A stretch of DNA of 64,000 nt. Source: a virus (Duplodnaviria > Heunggongvirae > Uroviricota > Caudoviricetes). A model generated the notes under the pieces. That model searched no databases, was not told the origin of the DNA, and saw nothing but the letters and a program-made list of their open reading frames with translations. Of this stretch, positions 56,948-64,000 are shown piece by piece; position 1 is the first letter of the stretch, and each line of letters begins with the position of its first letter. The position numbers and the translations under genes were made by a program. The stretch lies in IMG/VR virus record IMGVR_UViG_3300022660_000050; one strand, given 5' to 3'.

Positions 56948-57435
56948 TGAATTATAGTCAGATTAGAAGTTTAGATATTGCTAATGGCCCTGGCTGCCGG
57001 ATCAGTCTCTTCGTTAGTGGCTGCGAGCACAGATGTAAGAACTGCTTTAACCCGGAAACTTGGAACTTTGATCATGGCAAGGAGTTTACTGAGGATATTT
57101 TAACTAGTATCCTCAAACTCGCTAAGCCGGATCATATTAGCGGACTGAGTATTCTTGGTGGAGAACCCTTGCACCCTAGGAACCTTGCTGAGGTATGTCG
57201 ACTTGCCAGAAGATTTAAGGAAGTGTATCCGGATAAAACTGTTTGGCTTTGGACCGGCTACTTGTTAGAAGAAGTATTAGAGGGTCTAGTAGATTCCGGA
57301 ATCGATGTAGTAGTCGACGGTAGATTCGTAGAAGAACTAAAAGACCTTAGACTGAAATATCGCGGATCTTCGAACCAAAGAATTATCGACCTAAAAGAAA
57401 CTCTCCGAACCGGCGACCTTATATTATATGAATAA
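56947..57435 (+). CDS. nrdG: anaerobic RNR activating protein (radical SAM)
   Basis: CEHRCKNC matches the CxxxCxxC radical-SAM cluster motif. Overlaps the nrdD stop. Confidence 0.7.
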   Translation: MNYSQIRSLDIANGPGCRISLFVSGCEHRCKNCFNPETWNFDHGKEFTEDILTSILKLAKPDHISGLSILGGEPLHPRNLAEVCRLARRFKEVYPDKTVWLWTGYLLEEVLEGLVDSGIDVVVDGRFVEELKDLRLKYRGSSNQRIIDLKETLRTGDLILYE

Positions 57436-57441
57436 AAAGAT

Positions 57442-57506
57442 TAACGTTTGTTATTATTGACGAAACCCTATATTTCGTTTATATTAACAAACGTTATTTT
57501 TATTTT
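57442..57506 (+). terminator. long nested palindrome (TAACGTTTGTTA...TAACAAACGTTA) plus T-run. Likely terminator or operator.
   Basis: 12-nt perfect inverted repeats flanking an inner CGAAA/TTTCG pair. Confidence 0.5.
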
Positions 57507-57545
57507 GCACAAAAGCACACAGAAAAATTATTGAAACTTTGTTGG

Positions 57546-57600
57546 TTTTGTCGGTTTACAAATCGCGCGAAACGTGATATAATATTAATGTAAGAAAACA
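57546..57600 (+). promoter_or_regulatory. sigma-70-type early promoter (TTTACA-N17-TGATATAAT) with conserved flanks
   Basis: -35 at 57555..57560, -10 at 57578..57583. Member of a 5-copy family. Confidence 0.55.
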
Positions 57601-57615
57601 ACGGAGGAAATTAAA

Positions 57616-57867
57616 ATGAGTAAATTTAATGTTGGTGACATTATCAAAGCAAAGCCCGAGTGGCTCGGACCTCGTGAGACTGGTGAGGAGAGATACCTCG
57701 TTCTCGAAGACAGAGGCAATAAAACTTTAGTTGCCTACATCGATGTGAATCATGTATTCTCTTTCGGCAGCACTCATGTCTACGCAGACGAGTGGATGGA
57801 ACTTGATCCCAATCCATCAAATGAAGTTCTCATGACGATTATGGATATGACCAATGGAAAGATGTGA
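57616..57867 (+). CDS. hypothetical small protein
   Basis: ACGGAGG RBS. Confidence 0.45.
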   Translation: MSKFNVGDIIKAKPEWLGPRETGEERYLVLEDRGNKTLVAYIDVNHVFSFGSTHVYADEWMELDPNPSNEVLMTIMDMTNGKM

Positions 57868-57879
57868 GGAGGAAAACAG

Positions 57880-58062
57880 ATGAGACAAAGAACGCATGAA
57901 GTCAGAGCTAAGAAGCCTGACAACATTATTCGCTTTACGATCGATGTTGCTTCAGTTCCTAACCCTGATAGAAAGTTTAGCCGGCTAAAGAACAAAGCTC
58001 AGGTCTTTGACGACCGCCGAAAGAGAAAGCCTAAGTATAAACCCAATTACATGGAGGACTAA
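57880..58062 (+). CDS. hypothetical small basic protein
   Basis: GAGGAGGA RBS. Confidence 0.45.
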   Translation: MRQRTHEVRAKKPDNIIRFTIDVASVPNPDRKFSRLKNKAQVFDDRRKRKPKYKPNYMED

Positions 58063-58065
58063 AAT

Positions 58066-58365
58066 ATGATTACATATAAGATTCATCAGATTAAGGACAT
58101 CGCAAATACTGACTATGCTTTCAGAGGTTATGATCCTAAGAAGTTTAATTTCAAGGATTACGAGTGCCTCGGAGAGGGAGAGTTCGATGCAGAAGCAAAG
58201 ACTGCTACCGAGATTTGTGATATTATCTTTCATGTATTTAACATGAGAATGCCGGCAGACTTTAAGGGACACTCTTTATCAGTGAGCGACGTGATTGAGC
58301 TTAAGACTGATATTACCACAAGCTTTTATTATTGTGATATTGTTGGTTGGGTGCGCATCAAATAA
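58066..58365 (+). CDS. hypothetical small protein
   Basis: GGAGGA RBS. Confidence 0.45.
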   Translation: MITYKIHQIKDIANTDYAFRGYDPKKFNFKDYECLGEGEFDAEAKTATEICDIIFHVFNMRMPADFKGHSLSVSDVIELKTDITTSFYYCDIVGWVRIK

Positions 58366-58457
58366 TTATTAACAATTTATTTACAGTCTGTTAGCACATT
58401 ATCTGACAAAATATGTTATAATATAAATGTAAGAAAAATTTAAGAGAGGTACATATT

Positions 58458-59045
58458 ATGAACGTAAAAGAATTGTTTGAGAATGAAGAGCTTATGGATT
58501 CTATCGTAGAGGACATCGAGGATATTCCTGAAGACTCTGAAGTAACTTACGAAGTATGGGCACTCGGCTACAATGATGAGGACGAGCCTACCGATACCGA
58601 AGTTCTTGTTGGAGAGTTTGTTAACCCTGATGAAGCCGTCGCTTGTGCAGAGAAAGTTACTGTAGTAGCACTCGATGAGATCGGTTATGAGAAACTTGAT
58701 AAGTCTACTATGTACTTCTCTATTGAAGTTGAAACTGTAGTGGCTGATCCTGACGATGAAGGTACTATAAATATTGGTACTATCTATTCGAGAGACCTTT
58801 GGATTGATGATGAGTACGGTCCCGACTATGAAGAGAATATAGTAGCTCTTGCTGATGAAGATTATGAACTCCTCGATGATGGCACTCTTAAGATTCCCTG
58901 CAAACTGCTAAGAGACTTCAATAAGAATGATCTTATTGGAATCGACTTTGTTAAAGAAGTCAACAAGGCTATTCTCTTCTATAAGATTATTTCGAAGGTT
59001 ACTTACGCTGACGGCAACTATTACCACTGCGAACTTATTATTTAA
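58458..59045 (+). CDS. hypothetical acidic protein
   Basis: AGAGAGG RBS after a TGTTATAAT promoter (-10 at 58416..58421). Confidence 0.45.
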   Translation: MNVKELFENEELMDSIVEDIEDIPEDSEVTYEVWALGYNDEDEPTDTEVLVGEFVNPDEAVACAEKVTVVALDEIGYEKLDKSTMYFSIEVETVVADPDDEGTINIGTIYSRDLWIDDEYGPDYEENIVALADEDYELLDDGTLKIPCKLLRDFNKNDLIGIDFVKEVNKAILFYKIISKVTYADGNYYHCELII

Positions 59046-59048
59046 GGG

Positions 59049-59077
59049 TTTACAAAACTCTTCATTTATTATATAAT
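59049..59077 (+). promoter_or_regulatory. consensus sigma-70 promoter TTTACA-N17-TATAAT with no downstream ORF
   Basis: -35 at 59049..59054, -10 at 59072..59077. Confidence 0.45.
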
Positions 59078-59084
59078 AGACTTG

Positions 59085-59250
59085 TATCCTAAATACACAA
59101 CCATTAAAGCCAAACGTTTTTCCGTAGACTCATAGGGAAGAGCATTATAATATTTTTATTCTAATTGCCTAACTTCTATAAACCTTCTTAATCGGCTCTT
59201 CCTTATGGTGTCTCTACATATTGCACAGAAATAAATAAAATAATTTTGAA
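59085..59250 (+). ncRNA. candidate small noncoding RNA (ORF-free transcript with a long-range inverted repeat AGGGAAGAGC...GCTCTTCCT)
   Basis: A promoter precedes a roughly 170 nt region with no ORF longer than 9 aa and no RBS, and the next promoter starts at 59256. Confidence 0.3.
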
Positions 59251-59261
59251 AACTTCGGTTG

Positions 59262-59300
59262 TTTTGTCAGTTTACAAATCGACCTTTTTGTGATATAATA
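59262..59300 (+). promoter_or_regulatory. sigma-70-type early promoter (TTTTGTCAGTTTACAAATC..TGTGATATAAT)
   Basis: -35 at 59271..59276, -10 at 59294..59299. Family member. Confidence 0.55.
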
Positions 59301-59338
59301 TATACGTAAGAAACACTGATACTTTGGAGGAAAGTAAA

Positions 59339-59635
59339 ATGGAAAAACTTTATATTGTTTGTTGGGGCTCGGCTGGACAGGACGATGTTGGAAACTCTAA
59401 AGCTTTTTGCGGAGTTCACGGAGTTTATACTTCTAAGTCTGACGCTCTCAAAGGTCTTGTAGAGTGTAAGGATGTCTGCTATGACGAGGTTGTTCAGTCC
59501 GATGACCATGTGGAGCTTGAGTACAACATGTCTCGTACCAGAGTCTATGGTTCCGAGGCTGAAGAGTACTTCGAGATTGATTGGGACTTTGCAGATGTGA
59601 CCAACGAAATCTATATTACTATTGCTGAGCACTGA
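59339..59635 (+). CDS. hypothetical small protein
   Basis: TGGAGGAAAG RBS before the ATG at 59339. Confidence 0.45.
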   Translation: MEKLYIVCWGSAGQDDVGNSKAFCGVHGVYTSKSDALKGLVECKDVCYDEVVQSDDHVELEYNMSRTRVYGSEAEEYFEIDWDFADVTNEIYITIAEH

Positions 59636-59648
59636 GGAGGACTACATA

Positions 59649-60377
59649 ATGTTTTACCAGACTGGAATTGATATTACAAACGATAAGCAAATGTTCAATT
59701 TTCTTAAGGACCACTTCAGATACCCTACTATGAACTCTTGGAACGGAGTTTATTCTATTGCAAACAACGTAAAGGTACATAGACTTAATCTCAGCGGAGA
59801 CTGCTGGACTGCTCTTAATCTTCTTAATAACGGAGAGTACGAAGTACTTAACGATATAATCAGAGAATGGGAGAGGGAGCATCCCGGTTACGTTGTCGGC
59901 TTCAATGGAAGAAGCGGTGGTTATCTTGTTCTTTATAACAAAGACGACCGTGGTGATGTTCTTCCTTGCTCTATAACTGATAATGATGATTATTCTCAGT
60001 ATAAGGAATGGTGTCGTTATTACGGATATACGGTAAAAGAAAACCGCTTTGAGCTTCAGATGTTTACTAAGCTCGTTCGTGAGTTCGATAAACTTTGTGA
60101 TGAACTCAGAGCTTTCTGTGATTGGCTGTCTCAGCTTAAGTTCGAAGTTATCGAGATGGATAAAGCTGTCGAAGACTTCAACTATATTTATGCTGACGAC
60201 CTCGAGTACCTCGGCTTTGCTGAGCTCTCTTGCACGGATGAGGGTAAGGTAGACTGCTCTGAGATTCGTCAACTTGCTTGCTTGATGGAAGCTTTTATTA
60301 AGCTTGCAGACCGTTCTGACTCTGGGTATTCTATTACCTGTGATGATAACGGAATAACGTATTATGAGCATTACTAA
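59649..60377 (+). CDS. hypothetical protein
   Basis: TGAGGAGGA RBS before the ATG at 59649. Confidence 0.45.
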   Translation: MFYQTGIDITNDKQMFNFLKDHFRYPTMNSWNGVYSIANNVKVHRLNLSGDCWTALNLLNNGEYEVLNDIIREWEREHPGYVVGFNGRSGGYLVLYNKDDRGDVLPCSITDNDDYSQYKEWCRYYGYTVKENRFELQMFTKLVREFDKLCDELRAFCDWLSQLKFEVIEMDKAVEDFNYIYADDLEYLGFAELSCTDEGKVDCSEIRQLACLMEAFIKLADRSDSGYSITCDDNGITYYEHY

Positions 60378-60412
60378 TTTGTGAATAGTTTGTAAACATA
60401 TGCCAAAAGGGG

Positions 60413-60441
60413 TTTACTTTTGTCACAAAATGTGTTATAAT
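60413..60441 (+). promoter_or_regulatory. sigma-70-type early promoter (TTTACT-N17-TGTTATAAT)
   Basis: Seen directly. Confidence 0.45.
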
Positions 60442-60474
60442 GTATTATACGAAAGATAAACGGAGGATATACAT

Positions 60475-61335
60475 ATGCTAAATGATACTAAGAAAGATTT
60501 GATTGAGCAGGCCCGCAAACTTGTAAAGCCCTATGAGCAGTATTCTATCGACGAACTTGCCGATGCTTACTGCGACGCAACTGACACTGGTAATGAACAG
60601 CTGAAGAACATTTATATCTCGGCACTTATTCTTCGCTTCTGGTATAAGATTGATAAGATGTACAGAGAGAATACTGTTGCACCTTGTCTCGAGTACGAAG
60701 ATTTCTTCTGGTGGCTCTATGAAGCAATCGAGTACGCTTGTAAGTACAGAGGCTGGAGAGACGAGACTAAGAAACTTAATGCACAGCAGTGTATCAATAA
60801 GTGTATTGATACTATTAAGCTTCAGAAGTACTATGATCTCAGGCTTGATAAGAAGAAGGCTGTAAACTACTGCACTAGTATGGACGCTCCGATTGCCGGT
60901 GATTCTGATGATGAGGCAAAGACTCTCGGTGATATGCTTGAGGATGAAGACGACTGCTTCGACACTAGTGCTGATGACGTTATGATGCTGGTTCAGAACT
61001 ATATCAATCGTAATAAAATCATTGAAGCTATCTTAATTGATAATATTGCTTTCAATGACGTACAGCGACACTCTAAAAGAACTATTAAGACCACTAATGC
61101 CGACGGTGAGACTTATAGATATACTGAGCACAGCTCAGAGTTCTGGCCCTATAAGCTGGTTCAGATTGTAAGTAAGCTTCCGGCTACATATAAGAGTTCT
61201 TTTATGAGACGTTATCACATTTCAGAAGAGAAACTTACTACGGTTCTCGATGCGATTGAGAGAGCTAACAATCAGAAGCTTTATAAGTACCTTAAGAGTT
61301 GTCTTGCTGAGCTTAAGGTAAGTTATGCGCTGTAA
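60475..61335 (+). CDS. hypothetical protein (possible regulatory or DNA-binding role; candidate for the factor that recognises the late motif)
   Basis: ACGGAGGA RBS. Function not recognisable. Confidence 0.4.
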   Translation: MLNDTKKDLIEQARKLVKPYEQYSIDELADAYCDATDTGNEQLKNIYISALILRFWYKIDKMYRENTVAPCLEYEDFFWWLYEAIEYACKYRGWRDETKKLNAQQCINKCIDTIKLQKYYDLRLDKKKAVNYCTSMDAPIAGDSDDEAKTLGDMLEDEDDCFDTSADDVMMLVQNYINRNKIIEAILIDNIAFNDVQRHSKRTIKTTNADGETYRYTEHSSEFWPYKLVQIVSKLPATYKSSFMRRYHISEEKLTTVLDAIERANNQKLYKYLKSCLAELKVSYAL

Positions 61336-61412
61336 AACTCTAGGCCGGCTTAAAACCCCGGCCTTTTATATTGTATAATATAATAAAAAACGAAACTCGG
61401 AGGATTTCAATT

Positions 61413-62111
61413 TTGTATCTGGATTTATTTGACGAACTAAGATTAAATAAAAGACTTGTGAAGATTGCCGGCTTTGAGGTCGCAGCTTACTGGGCCGAGC
61501 TTCAGAGTATTCTTAAGCAGGTCGTAAAGAAACAAACTATGGATGAGAAAGGATTCTTCCCTCTCGATAGAGACTATGTAGAGAGGGAGACTACTTTGAC
61601 TACTGCTAAGCAACTTAAGTGTGATGAAAAGCTTCTCAGTCTCGGAGTACTTCTTAAAGACCCGGAAGATCCTAATAAGATTGCTATCGCAGTAAACGGA
61701 ATGGTTGCGGTGATCACAGACGAGGATACTACTAAGCTTAAGAAGACTGGTAAAACTTCTGCAGACGCTCGGGCAGCGAAGGTTGCCGGGATTAAAGCGA
61801 CTATGAAGAAAGCTATCTTAGAAGACGACTTAGAACTTCGCGCCGCTTACGAACGCTGGATCGACGGAATGATCGACGCGCAGAACTGTAAGTTTACTAA
61901 AGCAGTAGTGCAGGTATTTGAGAAGACGGTTACCGGATACACTACGGACAAAGCCCTGCGACTTAAGATCATTGAGATTGCTACTACTAATAGTTATAAG
62001 GACGCTACTTGGGCAATCAACAGGATCTACAACCCCGGAAAGTTTACTTCGCCGGCTACTAAACTTCCTGAGCAGAAGATTTGCACCGGCGTTTCTAACG
62101 ATGTATTTTAA
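61413..62111 (+). CDS. hypothetical protein (probable TTG start)
   Basis: GGAGGA RBS 8 nt before the TTG at 61413. The ATG at 61371 lacks an RBS. Confidence 0.35.
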   Translation: MYLDLFDELRLNKRLVKIAGFEVAAYWAELQSILKQVVKKQTMDEKGFFPLDRDYVERETTLTTAKQLKCDEKLLSLGVLLKDPEDPNKIAIAVNGMVAVITDEDTTKLKKTGKTSADARAAKVAGIKATMKKAILEDDLELRAAYERWIDGMIDAQNCKFTKAVVQVFEKTVTGYTTDKALRLKIIEIATTNSYKDATWAINRIYNPGKFTSPATKLPEQKICTGVSNDVF

Positions 62112-62120
62112 GGAGGACTT

Positions 62121-62402
62121 ATGAACGAGTTTATTTCTGTAAAGACTTGTCCTATCTGCGGAGAGGGACCTCAAAGAATTACTACCGAATTAGGTAGACC
62201 GGGAGGACACGGATACCCCGGACATAAGGACTATCAGTATGTCTGCGAGTGCTGTGGACTTGTTAAGGGTGAGTCTCATCATGATATTTATGGATCTTCC
62301 GAAGATGCAATTAACCGAGCTAAGAAGTCTTGGAACGACCGAGTAGCTGGTGTACAGACCTACCTTGACCGCATCTATGTAAAGCGCACGGAAGGTATCT
62401 AA
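62121..62402 (+). CDS. small zinc-finger protein (CPICGEG...CECCG)
   Basis: AAGGAGGA RBS. Confidence 0.45.
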   Translation: MNEFISVKTCPICGEGPQRITTELGRPGGHGYPGHKDYQYVCECCGLVKGESHHDIYGSSEDAINRAKKSWNDRVAGVQTYLDRIYVKRTEGI

Positions 62403-62424
62403 AAAATTTCCGAAACTTCATCTA

Positions 62425-62462
62425 TTTTGTCAGTTTACAAATCCTCAAAAATATGTTATAAT
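62425..62462 (+). promoter_or_regulatory. sigma-70-type early promoter (TTTTGTCAGTTTACAAATC..TGTTATAAT)
   Basis: -35 at 62434..62439, -10 at 62457..62462. Confidence 0.55.
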
Positions 62463-62495
62463 ATATACGTAAGTAAAACTTAGGAGGATTAAAGA

Positions 62496-62723
62496 ATGGA
62501 TACCGAACTTATGATGATTCAGATTAATCAGGATTTCAACGAACTTGCAGAACAGTATGCTGGTGCAGCGAGCAACGAAAGACTTTGGGCAAAAGGTGCA
62601 CCTGATGCTGAAACTGCCCGGATGCATGAAGAGAATGCAATTCAGAACCATACTATGGCATTATTTTATGGTTATCTCGCAAGTAGATCACTTGACCTTA
62701 TAGAGTCTTTTGAGGAGGACTAA
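62496..62723 (+). CDS. hypothetical small protein
   Basis: TAGGAGGA RBS. Confidence 0.45.
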   Translation: MDTELMMIQINQDFNELAEQYAGAASNERLWAKGAPDAETARMHEENAIQNHTMALFYGYLASRSLDLIESFEED

Positions 62724-62725
62724 TT

Positions 62726-63067
62726 ATGGAAACAGTAAACATCACCGGCATTACTTCAAAGGAAATTTCGCGCACGCTTTTGCACGAGGGCTTTACTAAG
62801 AAAGTAGAGTGCAAGAACTACTGGGACTCACACGGTACCAGAGTAGAATATGCACCTACACAGTATAAGTTCGATCAGGAAAAGAAGTTTGAGATTTGGG
62901 AAGTGGTTACTGAAACTCATTACCCGGCAATTAATCATACTCAGACTTACACTGACTGGAGACTTGTAGTGGAAGGCAAGCCCCTTGATCCTAATCTCGG
63001 TTGGGTTGTAGGTTACGATCACCTCAAGACTAAACTCAAGCTTGATTGCTGCGTCGGTTGCGGTTAA
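62726..63067 (+). CDS. hypothetical protein with C-terminal CCVGCG
   Basis: GAGGAGGA RBS. Confidence 0.45.
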   Translation: METVNITGITSKEISRTLLHEGFTKKVECKNYWDSHGTRVEYAPTQYKFDQEKKFEIWEVVTETHYPAINHTQTYTDWRLVVEGKPLDPNLGWVVGYDHLKTKLKLDCCVGCG

Positions 63068-63101
63068 TAAACTAATAATTTAATAAGAGAGGAATATACG
63101 A

Positions 63102-63425
63102 ATGATAAGATCTGAATTTTATGGGCTCAAGTCTGGTGACTGGAAGTGCACTCACGTTGGTGTAGCGTCTATCACCGGTGCATATAAGCAGAAGAAAGTA
63201 GATGGAAGAAGAGTAAGGAACAAGACTCCCGGACACCGGAATTACTACTACATATTTGAGCGACTCACTTCTGATGCGAAGGCAATGAAGATGATCCGGC
63301 TCAATGCTCAGCAGGTCAGAAGAGTACGGGACGGTTGGTTTACTGTAGAGGAGATTGCTGACAAGAAGGCAGCAAAGCGTTCTCAAATCTTTAAGGAGAA
63401 GGTGAGCTACAGCTTCTGTGACTAA
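63102..63425 (+). CDS. hypothetical basic protein
   Basis: AGAGAGGAA RBS. Confidence 0.45.
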   Translation: MIRSEFYGLKSGDWKCTHVGVASITGAYKQKKVDGRRVRNKTPGHRNYYYIFERLTSDAKAMKMIRLNAQQVRRVRDGWFTVEEIADKKAAKRSQIFKEKVSYSFCD

Positions 63426-63426
63426 T

Positions 63427-64000
63427 ATGAGAAAAGAAGAATTTCAGAAAATCATGGACGCGCTCGGAGATCGTCTACTGGTGTGTGAGCAGCACCTTGG
63501 CGACATACACACTACAGACGATCTCAGCCGACTTTCTTTGGCGAGAGCCGCAGACCTTAAAAGCTTCTGTGTGACAGAAGAGGAAGTCATGACCAAGATA
63601 GTTATGGTAGACCTGTATCACATCATTGGTATGGGACATCTTCTTCCGCCGCAGATGATGAAGTTTACTTACGCTATTCAGGAGTACTTGCAGTATCGTC
63701 CGACTATCAAAGCGATCGCTAAGCACCTCGATAGTATCTTCGAGCTGCCGAAGATTCCGGTAGAAACTCAGTATAAGTTGATGGGTCTTGGAGACTTTAC
63801 TCTGACTTCTGGAGTTGGCGATCCTGTGGTAGATGATGCTTCTGTCGCGGACTATGACCAGACGAAACAGAGAACTCTTGGGCAGTCACTTCTGCCTTTC
63901 CGAATTGAAGGAAGCCAGATTAGAGTGGACATGACCCAGTTCGATTTCTTCGTAACTCTTATGACGAATCTCTTTAAGTCTCCCCTCTCGGTAGATAACT
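63427..64000 (+). CDS. hypothetical protein, 3' truncated by the window edge (not in the ORF track)
   Basis: ATG at 63427 overlaps the upstream stop. The frame stays open to nt 64000. Confidence 0.4.
   Translation, partial: MRKEEFQKIMDALGDRLLVCEQHLGDIHTTDDLSRLSLARAADLKSFCVTEEEVMTKIVMVDLYHIIGMGHLLPPQMMKFTYAIQEYLQYRPTIKAIAKHLDSIFELPKIPVETQYKLMGLGDFTLTSGVGDPVVDDASVADYDQTKQRTLGQSLLPFRIEGSQIRVDMTQFDFFVTLMTNLFKSPLSVDN

Noticed and set aside
59267-59632. 121-aa minus-strand ORF
   Set aside because: It is antisense to the + strand gene 59339..59635, which has a consensus promoter and a strong RBS.
63475-63726. 83-aa minus-strand ORF near the window end
   Set aside because: It is antisense to a clean + strand ORF (63427 to the window end) that is translationally coupled to its upstream gene.

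Overview
This window looks like a contiguous piece of an AT-rich tailed-phage genome with a contractile-tail (myovirus-like) gene order. About 70 genes are tightly packed, and every credible gene is on the + strand. The host is probably an anaerobic Gram-positive or similar bacterium: ribosome-binding sites are strong AGGAGG-type, the phage carries the anaerobic ribonucleotide reductase NrdDG, and the early-type promoters are sigma-70/sigA-like.

Gene layout, left to right:
- 1-6.9 kb: early-type small genes plus nucleic-acid-metabolism genes. These include the 3'-truncated C-terminus of an SbcC/Rad50-like ATPase, a peptide-deformylase-like protein, a ribbon-helix-helix (RHH) repressor-like protein and a type IA topoisomerase.
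- 7-12.8 kb: a late-type operon encoding a MoxR-like AAA+ ATPase, an HExxH metallopeptidase-like protein and a vWA (MIDAS) protein.
- 12.9-15.1 kb: a terminator-bounded two-gene cassette (a Cys-rich protein plus a Pol-beta-type nucleotidyltransferase).
- 15.2-41.3 kb: a SWIM zinc-finger protein, the terminase large subunit, portal, scaffold, major capsid, neck proteins, tail sheath, tail tube, a tail chaperone with a candidate programmed frameshift, the tape measure protein and post-TMP proteins including a LysM protein.
- 41.4-48.8 kb: an accessory block with a YqeY/GatB-like protein, an SPFH/band-7 membrane protein, a NadR-like NMN adenylyltransferase/kinase, a PnuC transporter, a lipoprotein and proteins with internal repeats.
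- 48.8-49.8 kb: a roughly 1 kb structured noncoding region containing GC-rich palindromes.
- 49.8-64 kb: a second early-type block with an SNF2 helicase, Cys-rich zinc-finger proteins, NrdD/NrdG and many small ORFs, each behind a near-identical sigma-70-type promoter.

Two promoter classes are visible by eye:
- A phage-specific motif yTGCTAAATTAww recurs about 13 times upstream of genes, usually just after an intrinsic terminator.
- Host-like promoters of the form TTTACA-N17-TGnTATAAT, or extended -10 TGTATAATAT.

No tRNA, CRISPR array, integrase or reverse transcriptase was recognised. Protein functions were read by eye from the translations provided; none was confirmed by database search.
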